A stretch of 39,565 nucleotides of DNA from sequence record DRR723986_10154; one strand, written 5' to 3'. This document shows, piece after piece, positions 26,295 through 34,044 of this stretch. The notes under the pieces are model-generated. The model had not been told where the DNA came from and searched no databases. It saw nothing but the letters and a program-made list of their open reading frames with translations. Made by a program: the position numbers and the translations under genes. The stretch's first letter is position 1; each line of letters starts with the position of its first letter.

Positions 26295-27749
26295 ATGGGA
26301 AGCGTACGCGCAAGAAAAGACAACGGTCAGCTTTTCCTTGATTTTAGATATCTTGGTGAGCGCTGTAGAGAACGATCTGTTTTGCCTGATTCGAAACAGA
26401 ATCGATACAAGCTTGAACATCTGATGAACCAGATTGAGTCTGAGATCAAAGCAGGGCAGTTTCGCTACAGAAATTACTTTCCAGGTAGTAGTCTGCTGGA
26501 AAAAATCGAAGCCCTTGAAACTCAACAATATCAACCGACTTCGCCAATGGTTTCCATTCCAATGGCCAACCAGTCGTTGCGCCAAGCGGTTGATAATATT
26601 TCCTCAGCAGGTCATCCCACCTTCACTGAATTTGCTCAGAAATTCATTGAAGAAAACGAATCGCTCTGGAAACGCTCGAACATCCGCACCAAGCGGGACA
26701 TTTTGGAAAAGTGGTTGATCCCACAGTTTGGAAAGAGGGTGATCAGCAGTATCACCAAACAGGACCTTCTGGAATTTCGCTCAGTTCTCGCCAAAGCCCC
26801 GGGCAAAAAACCAGGAACAACAATGTCAGCTTCACGGATAAATCATGTAATGACGTCTGTGAAGCAAGTCTTAGATGAAGCCGCTGATCGATTCAACTTT
26901 ACCACTCCGTACCAGAATATCAAACGGATGCGGATCAAAAAGACGGATGTCACACCCTTCACGATTGAAGAGGTGGAGATGATTATCAAGTACTGCCGCG
27001 AGGACTTTCGGGATTACTTCACGGTGAAGTTTTTCACGGGCATGCGCCCAGGCGAAATCCATGGGCTGAAGTGGAAGTACATCGATTTCGAAAAGCGCCT
27101 GATCACCATTCGCGAAACCATTGTGGATGACTATGAGGAAACGCCAAAGACAGCCGATTCCAACCGGGACATTCAAATGGCACCGCAGGTGTATGAAGCC
27201 CTCAAAACCCAATGGGAAGTCACTGGCAAAAGGTCGCCCTATGTATTTGCCAACGGCAACGGTGGCCCACTGACCAACCGCAACATGAGTAACCGGGTGT
27301 GGTATCCCATGCTGCGCTCACTGGGGTTAAAACTCCGCACACCCTATCAAACCCGGCACACCTTCGCCACGTTGATGCTGGCCGCAGGTGAATCACCGGA
27401 GTGGATCGCATTTCAGATGGGGCATTCGTCCACAGAAATGCTGTTCAAGGTGTACTCACGTTACGTACCCAATTTGACCCGTCGTGATGGCTCAGCGTTT
27501 GAGCGGATGTTGGCTGCCAACTTGGGTCCCGGTGTATCACCGCCGATTGCTCCGAGTTCTGTGGCGGTGGCGGAAAAGTCCTCTGTTTCGGAGGCCCTAG
27601 AGCAAGCCCAGCCACCACGAGTAGCCAAACCGGCACCCACATCCGCCGCGCCTGTTACCGGCGTGAATCAAGCTTCCAAACCTGCCATTCAAAGCCCATG
27701 GCTGCAAATGTTTGAAAGCTACCAAAACAAGAACACTCAGGGAGAATAA
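26295..27749 (+). CDS. int: Tyrosine integrase with N-terminal arm-binding (DUF3596-like) domain and long C-terminal tail
   Basis: LFLDFRYLGERCRE..IKAGQFRYRNYFPGS, then catalytic TGMRPGE, TPKT, YQTRHT, QMGH and KVYSRY. Confidence 0.93.
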   Translation: MGSVRARKDNGQLFLDFRYLGERCRERSVLPDSKQNRYKLEHLMNQIESEIKAGQFRYRNYFPGSSLLEKIEALETQQYQPTSPMVSIPMANQSLRQAVDNISSAGHPTFTEFAQKFIEENESLWKRSNIRTKRDILEKWLIPQFGKRVISSITKQDLLEFRSVLAKAPGKKPGTTMSASRINHVMTSVKQVLDEAADRFNFTTPYQNIKRMRIKKTDVTPFTIEEVEMIIKYCREDFRDYFTVKFFTGMRPGEIHGLKWKYIDFEKRLITIRETIVDDYEETPKTADSNRDIQMAPQVYEALKTQWEVTGKRSPYVFANGNGGPLTNRNMSNRVWYPMLRSLGLKLRTPYQTRHTFATLMLAAGESPEWIAFQMGHSSTEMLFKVYSRYVPNLTRRDGSAFERMLAANLGPGVSPPIAPSSVAVAEKSSVSEALEQAQPPRVAKPAPTSAAPVTGVNQASKPAIQSPWLQMFESYQNKNTQGE

Positions 27750-27751
27750 TC

Positions 27752-28903
27752 ATGATCAATCCAAAACTTCAAACCGGTAATATCTCTCTTAGCGCTCAAG
27801 CCGATAAAAAAACAGTCCGTTCAAGCCAAGGTATTCACGCCAACAAAGTTTGTGTTCAGAAAATGGTTCGCATCAATCCAGATGCTAATCAGCTTTTCAC
27901 TGGTGCTTTCTCTGGTCTGAATATGCCGCAGTTCGCAAAACTTGGTACTGGCATTTGCGTGGCCAAACATGGCTATGTTTCGCAAAGACAGCAGCGTGAG
28001 GGCGTAACTTACGTGAAGCTTGGTATACCGGTTTACGCTGCGGCTGATCAAATCTACCAAGGAATGCTGTTTGTAAACCTAGCCTGTAGTGGCGCAGATG
28101 GCCTGGGAGATCACTCGGTCGTGAAGGTTGTTCCCTCGTTGTGGGCCCGTGCTGTTGATGATGGTAAGAACTGCTGGGTGTCGGGATTGAGCCCAGCTGA
28201 GGGTGAGCCTGAATACAATCCTTTCGACTACGCAATAGCTCAATTGCCTTCCACGTTGAATCAAGCTGCAAGCACGGCAATCTGCGCTTCAAGTCTGTGC
28301 GAGTTCTTGAGTGAGGCGTTTCGATTGCTAACCCCCGAGGATCGTTCCCTTTATTTGGGAATCATGTTGCAGAGCAACCGCTTCTCCAGGTTCCTAAAGT
28401 ACGCGGCTTCAACACGCAGTCATCACAATGGCGATCACGGACTTGTGTTGCACACAGCAGAAACTGTGGCCAATGTTTTGCTTGGCTTTTTAGCGGCGTC
28501 GCCGTGGCAACGCAGCATAGGTAAACCCGCTTTTGACTTAAGTCTGACACTTCTTGCAGCACTCTTACATGATGCCGCCAAGGTGGACGATTACTACCGT
28601 CTTGCGCCAGACGTCTATTCTACAAATCTAAATTGCAAACTACTTGGCCATGAGCAAACCATGCTCAAGTGGATCGCAGCGGCTTGCTCTAATTCAGGGA
28701 ATTATCCACTTAAGCGTGAACTACAGCTTGAACATGCCATCTGCGCCGTGAAGCGACAGCATGATCAGTCGGGTGCTCGAAAGCGTAAAACTCCCGAGAG
28801 CTTTGTGTTGCACGAAGCTGATTGCGCAAGCGCGCGTGCATTCGATAAAGGTGAGAAAAGTGTCTTGCTGGCCCATCATTTTGTACGTGGAGAATCTGCA
28901 TGA
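27752..28903 (+). CDS. YhaM/CBF1-like HD-domain protein
   Basis: AASTRSHHNGDHGLVLHT, LLHDAAK, LLGH and KTPESFVLHEAD follow the YhaM motif order. The N-terminal ~150 aa is beta-rich and unassigned. Confidence 0.75.
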   Translation: MINPKLQTGNISLSAQADKKTVRSSQGIHANKVCVQKMVRINPDANQLFTGAFSGLNMPQFAKLGTGICVAKHGYVSQRQQREGVTYVKLGIPVYAAADQIYQGMLFVNLACSGADGLGDHSVVKVVPSLWARAVDDGKNCWVSGLSPAEGEPEYNPFDYAIAQLPSTLNQAASTAICASSLCEFLSEAFRLLTPEDRSLYLGIMLQSNRFSRFLKYAASTRSHHNGDHGLVLHTAETVANVLLGFLAASPWQRSIGKPAFDLSLTLLAALLHDAAKVDDYYRLAPDVYSTNLNCKLLGHEQTMLKWIAAACSNSGNYPLKRELQLEHAICAVKRQHDQSGARKRKTPESFVLHEADCASARAFDKGEKSVLLAHHFVRGESA

Positions 28904-30351
28904 ATAACCAGGGGCAGGGCAGCAAATATCCATTTGGTGAGACCGCTTTCCTACGGAGAGGGATTCCCCAACAGGAAAGTGTAGTTTGCAGTGAGTACTA
29001 CTACAGCGACTTGTGTGAAATTCTCATTCCTAGAAATCGACAAGAAGAGCTGCAAAGCAGAATGCAATTGCTTTCCAAGGATAAATTTATCAGGCAACTT
29101 AACAGTCTAGATTTTCATGAAGAACTTCATGATTTTTTTGACTCTCAGCGATTCGAAGAATTAAAGAAGAAGTGGTCTGACAATCCGAACGAGCACCCCA
29201 GTTGGGTATTTCAAGATGGTGGGGAGAAGAAAAATCACTCTCAAAAGGCGTTGAAAAAAGCAGAGAATCTCAAAGTTCCAGACTCTACGAGCTTGTTTCT
29301 TAAGCACTTGAAGGAGTGCATGAGTGATAGCAAAGCATACCTAAGGGCATATAAGGGTATGGCTCGGATCTTTACAGCCAGAGCCACATCAGAATTTGTC
29401 GAACAAATTGGTGAGGACCGTGAACGTATTGGTCGCTCCTGGCGGCTGTTTGTTTCAATGTCTCAAAACAACGGCTTTAGAAGAATTATCAAGCCCAGCA
29501 CGCCGATTGAAAAGCGGCTGCAAAACCTGCGATCTAACTTTCCAAATTTTGCACATGTCGTGGATCACGTGCTTAGGCAGATGCGAATCTGGTCTTTAAA
29601 AAGCTCTCATGAGCGAAGGCTCAAGCCAATTTTGCTGGATGGACCAAAGGGGACAGGTAAAAGCGCATTTGCTCGCGAATTGGCCGAGGCTCTGAACACC
29701 CGCTACGCGTATATAAACATCTCGGCCACATCAATGGGTGGGGTGCTGACAGGTACATCCAACAAATGGGGAAACGGTCAGACGGGTTTAATTTTCTCTG
29801 AATTGGCAAGAAGTGAAACAGCCTCGCCCCTTATTCTTCTCGATGAAATCGACAAGATGTCCTCATTTCAGCAGCACCCTGTTGAGGGGCCGTTGCTTGC
29901 AGCACTGGAGCCACAAACCGCCCGCGAATTGCGAGATGAATATGGGTCCATTGAGTTCGACGCTTCAAGGGTGATCTATGTCGCGACTTCGAATAATTTA
30001 AGTTCGGTTTCGGCCCCTCTTAGATCTCGGTTTGACGTATTTGATATTTCTTACCCTGATCGCAGCCAGAGATTGATCATTATTCGCAGCATGCTGGCGA
30101 AGGCCTATCGCAATGTCGATTTCGCACCGCAGGCTTTGAATTTTCTGGCAAGACAAGAAGGTGATCTTCGTTTGCTTCAGTCGATTTTGGATCGTGTGGT
30201 TGCCTGCCATGTTGATTTAACTCTTGCTCAGATGGGGTTGGGGCGAGGTGCAACGCTTCGTGGAAAACAGTTAATTCAGGAGCTCACGGTGAGGATCGCT
30301 TTGGAACAGATGGGGGCCAAGGTCAGGTTCTTTGATCACATTGAGGTGTGA
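28900..30351 (+). CDS. Lon-type AAA+ ATPase without protease domain
   Basis: Walker A GPKGTGKS, Walker B PLILLDEIDK, LLAALEP..DEY..FDASRVIYVATSN and Arg finger PLRSRF. Ends after the lid with no Ser-Lys protease domain. Confidence 0.88.
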   Translation: MNNQGQGSKYPFGETAFLRRGIPQQESVVCSEYYYSDLCEILIPRNRQEELQSRMQLLSKDKFIRQLNSLDFHEELHDFFDSQRFEELKKKWSDNPNEHPSWVFQDGGEKKNHSQKALKKAENLKVPDSTSLFLKHLKECMSDSKAYLRAYKGMARIFTARATSEFVEQIGEDRERIGRSWRLFVSMSQNNGFRRIIKPSTPIEKRLQNLRSNFPNFAHVVDHVLRQMRIWSLKSSHERRLKPILLDGPKGTGKSAFARELAEALNTRYAYINISATSMGGVLTGTSNKWGNGQTGLIFSELARSETASPLILLDEIDKMSSFQQHPVEGPLLAALEPQTARELRDEYGSIEFDASRVIYVATSNNLSSVSAPLRSRFDVFDISYPDRSQRLIIIRSMLAKAYRNVDFAPQALNFLARQEGDLRLLQSILDRVVACHVDLTLAQMGLGRGATLRGKQLIQELTVRIALEQMGAKVRFFDHIEV

Positions 30352-30468
30352 AGGCCGAGTGATCTCAGCGATGATCCGCGTTCGATATATCAAAAAAACT
30401 GTCCTCCCCTGATGCTCTGAAAAACGGAAGTGCATGGGGGAGGACTCAGTTCAGTAAGGAAGATTACG

Positions 30469-30882
30469 GTGAACAAAAAAACCGGCTCATCTGATAAAAC
30501 TAGCAATGAAAGGTTTGCACAGGAAAACCAAAAGTCGTCTACGCAAATTAAACAGGCGTACCAGTGGGGGGTCATTAAATATATCGACAAAGAAGGAGTG
30601 GTTTATCGATTGGTTTCGGCGCCTCATGATGGTGAAGATGCTGTCTGGAGTCTGAACTCCGGCATTCTTAGCTTCGAAATTCAGGATGGCTTCGTGGACT
30701 TTCACGGGTTTTCAGGGTCGATTTATCGTTGCAAATTTCAGGATCAAGGCTTCAGTCAGCAGATGTTAATAACCATCTTGGGCTGGAGGGCGACGGAGCT
30801 CGAGCTAGGAAATGATCTTGATTTGATGCCTTTCGCGTTGTTCTTGAGAGAGTGGGAGGCAAAAACGCCAAGGGTCATGTGA
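30469..30882 (+). CDS. Hypothetical protein, phage-like conserved motif
   Basis: AAGGA SD before GTG 30469; motif W.VIK..YR..WSLNSGI..FHGFSGSIYRC. Confidence 0.65.
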   Translation: MNKKTGSSDKTSNERFAQENQKSSTQIKQAYQWGVIKYIDKEGVVYRLVSAPHDGEDAVWSLNSGILSFEIQDGFVDFHGFSGSIYRCKFQDQGFSQQMLITILGWRATELELGNDLDLMPFALFLREWEAKTPRVM

Positions 30883-31174
30883 AGTTAAAGAATTCAAAGT
30901 TGGTATCCACCGAGCACAAGAAGCCGAAGAAGCTGCACAGGAACCTGCGCAGCATGTCCGGGATTTGGTGGCCTTGGGCTTTACCGGGTCTATGACCGGG
31001 TCAGGCAGTGGAAAGATTTCGAGTAGTTCAAGGCAAAACATCGGGCAAGGGTTGTTTTGCGTATTTTGGTCGAAACTGGACACTGATTCCAGCATAAACT
31101 GGAAACCTAAAATCGCTCGCTGATAACCGTGGCGCCTTGCTTGGTTTTTTAACCAAACAACAGCGGCCACACCA

Positions 31175-31483
31175 ATGCCTAACCGGAGGTTGTCCATGAG
31201 GAAGATTTTAGAAACACTGCGGCTGCGCGAACGGCTTGGGTTCACCAATCAGCAAATTGCTGAGGTCATCAAAGCCGGCCCCATCACCGCGTGAGACTAT
31301 CTGTGACGGGCCGAGATGGCCGCTATCGATTATTCAATTGGCGTTAAAATAGATGAGCAGCGCTTGTTTCCTCCTGCTTTGCCATCAAGCGTGAAGCGCC
31401 CACAACCGAACTCGGCTTTCATTCACAGCGAATTGAAACGCAAACACGTCATACTCGATTTGCTGTGGCGCGAGTACAAGTAA
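31175..31483 (+). pseudogene. istA: IS21-family transposase istA N-terminal fragment
   Basis: MPNRRLSMRKILETLRL..TA*DYL*RAE.. then frameshift to ..RLFPP..IHSELKRKHVILDLLWREYK*. Matches the IS408/IS1162-type IstA N-terminus, with stops. Confidence 0.85.
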
Positions 31484-31484
31484 A

Positions 31485-31574
31485 ACAGGCAACGAAAGTT
31501 ACCGCTTCAAACACAGTTCAACGCAAAACAGGAAGGAGGAAAAACAGATCTAAAAACTGAAAATCGAGACATAA
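31485..31574 (+). pseudogene. istB: IS21-family helper ATPase istB C-terminal fragment
   Basis: TGNESYRFKHSSTQNRKEEKQI*KLKIET* resembles the IS1326-type IstB C-terminus. Confidence 0.75.
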
Positions 31575-31660
31575 TTCTGACCCCAAGGGGGGGCAAAATT
31601 CAATGCAAACCCCAATTCAAATCTGGGTGTAAATCAACAGAATGCCGTTGGCACTGTTAT

Positions 31661-32689
31661 TCAGGAGGCAAGTTCAGTGTTTTTTCGAATAGCAAGGGGA
31701 GAGCGCCCAAAGTGACGCCTGCAGAATCTGACTAAAGTGGCCTGTTCGGAAAACCCTAGGATAGAGGATAGGTGAGACATAGAAACTTCCGTCTCGGTGA
31801 GATATCGAATCGCTTCTTGACAAATGATTTGTGTCTTTATTTGATCAAAAGAAGTGCCTTCATCAGACAAATGCCGTTGCAAAGTTCTTGGGTGAATCGC
31901 CAACAGGTTAGCAACTGCAGATTTGTCGCACACTGTTCTTCCAAGTATTTTTTTGATTACTTGGGCAGTCCTCGCTGAATAAGTTCCACGGAGGCTTCGG
32001 AAATTGGTTTGAATGTGTAGATCTACGATGTGACTAAGCTCAATATTGGGCTTATCGAGCCGAGTTGCCAGAGTCGAATTACTCAAGAGTAGTGCTGCTT
32101 TGTCACGATCAAACTCAACAGGAGCACCAAAGAATCGATCATAAACTTCATGGTGATTTTTCGAACCATGAGGCAAGATTACTTTAGTCAATTGATAATT
32201 ATCGCCTGCCAGAATCTTTATAAAACGGTGAAGATTGCCCAAGCAAATATCCAAGGTTTGTGTGTGGACTATCGGCTTTCCCAAATTAATTGAAATACTT
32301 ACCCAGCTATTGAACGAGGACCTTTGAGGCAGTGACGGTTCCGGAAAACTGTCAATCTCAATTGCTGGGCTCATGATGTCAATATGTTTGGCTGCGTATT
32401 CAACTGCCTCGCGCACTGTGGGCAAATTGCTGATTACCAGCGAAAGCGGGCCTAGGATGCTGATGTCGTGATACGGAGACATGCTTAAACCGAGACAGGG
32501 AAGATTCTTCGCTCTGGCGGCGTATTCGAGCATCTTGACAAAGTCATCTATCGGGACGAACTCGTTGTCTTGATTCGCAAGGTCTAGGTCCAGACCAAAC
32601 CGCGAAGCAATTTCGCGAGCATCACTACCACTACTGCTCAATACCTCAAGAAATCCCAACATGACCGTCGATCTAAGTAAAAGACTCAT
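31661..32689 (-). CDS. AraC-family regulator (OruR/ArgR-like, ~340 aa)
   Basis: LGPLSLVISNLPTVREA, FFGAPVEFD, and double HTH (VANLLAIHPRTLQRHL; LGFSEQATLVRFCRRHFGRSP). Confidence 0.92.
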   Translation of the reverse strand: MSLLLRSTVMLGFLEVLSSSGSDAREIASRFGLDLDLANQDNEFVPIDDFVKMLEYAARAKNLPCLGLSMSPYHDISILGPLSLVISNLPTVREAVEYAAKHIDIMSPAIEIDSFPEPSLPQRSSFNSWVSISINLGKPIVHTQTLDICLGNLHRFIKILAGDNYQLTKVILPHGSKNHHEVYDRFFGAPVEFDRDKAALLLSNSTLATRLDKPNIELSHIVDLHIQTNFRSLRGTYSARTAQVIKKILGRTVCDKSAVANLLAIHPRTLQRHLSDEGTSFDQIKTQIICQEAIRYLTETEVSMSHLSSILGFSEQATLVRFCRRHFGRSPLAIRKNTELAS

Positions 32690-32690
32690 T

Positions 32691-32727
32691 TGTCTCCAAA
32701 GGTCAAAAAATAGTCTTCAATGGTCAA
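32691..32727 (+). promoter_or_regulatory. Tandem AraC-type binding repeats, 21-bp period
   Basis: TGTCTCCAAAGGTCAA (32691-32706) and AGTCTTCAATGGTCAA (32712-32727) lie between the divergent araC and binding-protein genes. Confidence 0.7.
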
Positions 32728-32791
32728 GAGTATATGTTTTTACCAATGTAATAATCAAATGAAATATTAAAACCATATGGAGACAATAACG

Positions 32792-33850
32792 ATGAAATTT
32801 ACTACCCGCGTTGGCCGCAAAAAACTTTGGGCAATTCTGCTCGCAAGCTCATTCAGCTTATCCGCCCAAGCACAGCAGGGTAATCAAAAATTATGTGTAT
32901 ATGATCTTTTAGGTGCTGCGGGTGATATTTTTGCCATGGCTAAAGACTATGAAGTTGCCTCTAAAGCTTGGGGCGGCAACGTCAAAATTCATGCTTACAC
33001 GGATGAGCGAATTGCCACTCAAGACTTTATCGCGGGTGAATGTGATGCAGTGTTTGCGACTGGTTTCCGTACCCGTCAATTCAACGCCATCACTACATCT
33101 ATTGACTCACTGGGCGCATCCTCAATCGTCAAAGACGGCAAGGTGGACATGAACGCCAGTTACGAAGTAGTACGTCGCGCAATTCAGGTATTTTCCTCAC
33201 CAAACTCCACAAAAACCGCAATCAATGGAAAATTTGAGATCGCCGGTATTATCCCTTTTGGGACGGCTTACCCAGTGCTGAACGATCGAAAAATCCAGAC
33301 CGTTGAAGATCTTGCTGGCAAGAAAATTGCAGCTTTTGACTATGACAAGGCACAGGCCGTGATGATCCAGAAAATTGGTGCTCAACCAGTTTCTGCAGAT
33401 ATCACCAACTTCGCCAGCAAGTTCAACAATGGCATTGTTGACATGATTGCAGCACCAGCCGCCGCATATAAACCGCTAGAACTCTATCGAGGCATTGGCA
33501 CCAAAGGTGCTATCAATCGTTTTCCGATTGTGATCTTGAGCTATCAGATGGTGATCAACACCAGCAAGTTTCCGGTCGGCTTTGGACTTGAGTCAAGAAA
33601 GTATTGGAGCGGTCAGTATGATCGTGCTTTGAAATTGATTCTTCGAGCAGAGCAAACAATTCCAGAGAAAACATGGAGTGACCTGACCCCTGAAAACATG
33701 ATTAAGTACACCATCATGTTGAGGGAAAGCAGGGGGTCGATTGTCGAGCAAGGCATATACGACAAGCAGGGTTTGAGCATCATGAAGAAAATCCGGTGCA
33801 GTGTGAATCGGGCGGACTCAGAATGCACACCTGACAGCAAAACGTTCTGA
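32792..33850 (+). CDS. Putative periplasmic solute-binding protein (DUF6091/AdeT-like, DctP-like fold)
   Basis: Signal peptide, LCVYDLLGAAGD, AYTDERIA..F.AGECDA, FASKFNNG..D..AAP..Y.PLELYRG and C-terminal KIRC..EC. Confidence 0.75.
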   Translation: MKFTTRVGRKKLWAILLASSFSLSAQAQQGNQKLCVYDLLGAAGDIFAMAKDYEVASKAWGGNVKIHAYTDERIATQDFIAGECDAVFATGFRTRQFNAITTSIDSLGASSIVKDGKVDMNASYEVVRRAIQVFSSPNSTKTAINGKFEIAGIIPFGTAYPVLNDRKIQTVEDLAGKKIAAFDYDKAQAVMIQKIGAQPVSADITNFASKFNNGIVDMIAAPAAAYKPLELYRGIGTKGAINRFPIVILSYQMVINTSKFPVGFGLESRKYWSGQYDRALKLILRAEQTIPEKTWSDLTPENMIKYTIMLRESRGSIVEQGIYDKQGLSIMKKIRCSVNRADSECTPDSKTF

Positions 33851-33862
33851 TAGTTGACCAGT

Positions 33863-33899
33863 CCGATATGTGACGAGAAAGGATCATATCGGCCTTTTT
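33863..33899 (+). terminator. Possible intrinsic terminator
   Basis: Stem CCGATATG/CATATCGG followed by CCTTTTT after the binding-protein stop. Confidence 0.45.
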
Positions 33900-34044
33900 A
33901 TCTCCTGGTCTCAACCCACCCAAGCCACTCAAATCAGTCTCTGTAAGCATCTTGAGACTGCCGCTTGTTGGCGATATACAAAAGCTGGTTTATGTCTTGC
34001 ACTCAGTGAAATGCAATACGACCTCATTTCCCGACGGATATAAC

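Larger units (their letters stand above)
31058..31639 (+). mobile_element. Chimeric, decayed IS21-family remnant
   Basis: Left end TGCGTATTTTGGTCGAAACTGGACACTGATTCC with internal AAACTGGA repeats, istA 5' fragment, istB 3' fragment, and right end ..CAAAATTCAATGCAAACCCC..ATCTGGGTGTAAATCAACA. Confidence 0.85.

Noticed and set aside
25030-30882. Prophage, conjugative ICE or BREX interpretation of the integrase module
   Set aside because: No structural, terminase, T4SS, coupling-protein, pglX or pglZ genes are in the window, and the AAA+ lacks the BrxL protease domain.
30805-31248. 147-aa minus-strand ORF and open frames in 30883-31057
   Set aside because: The ORF crosses the IS left end. The DNA may be a gene fragment cut by the IS, but I cannot assign it.
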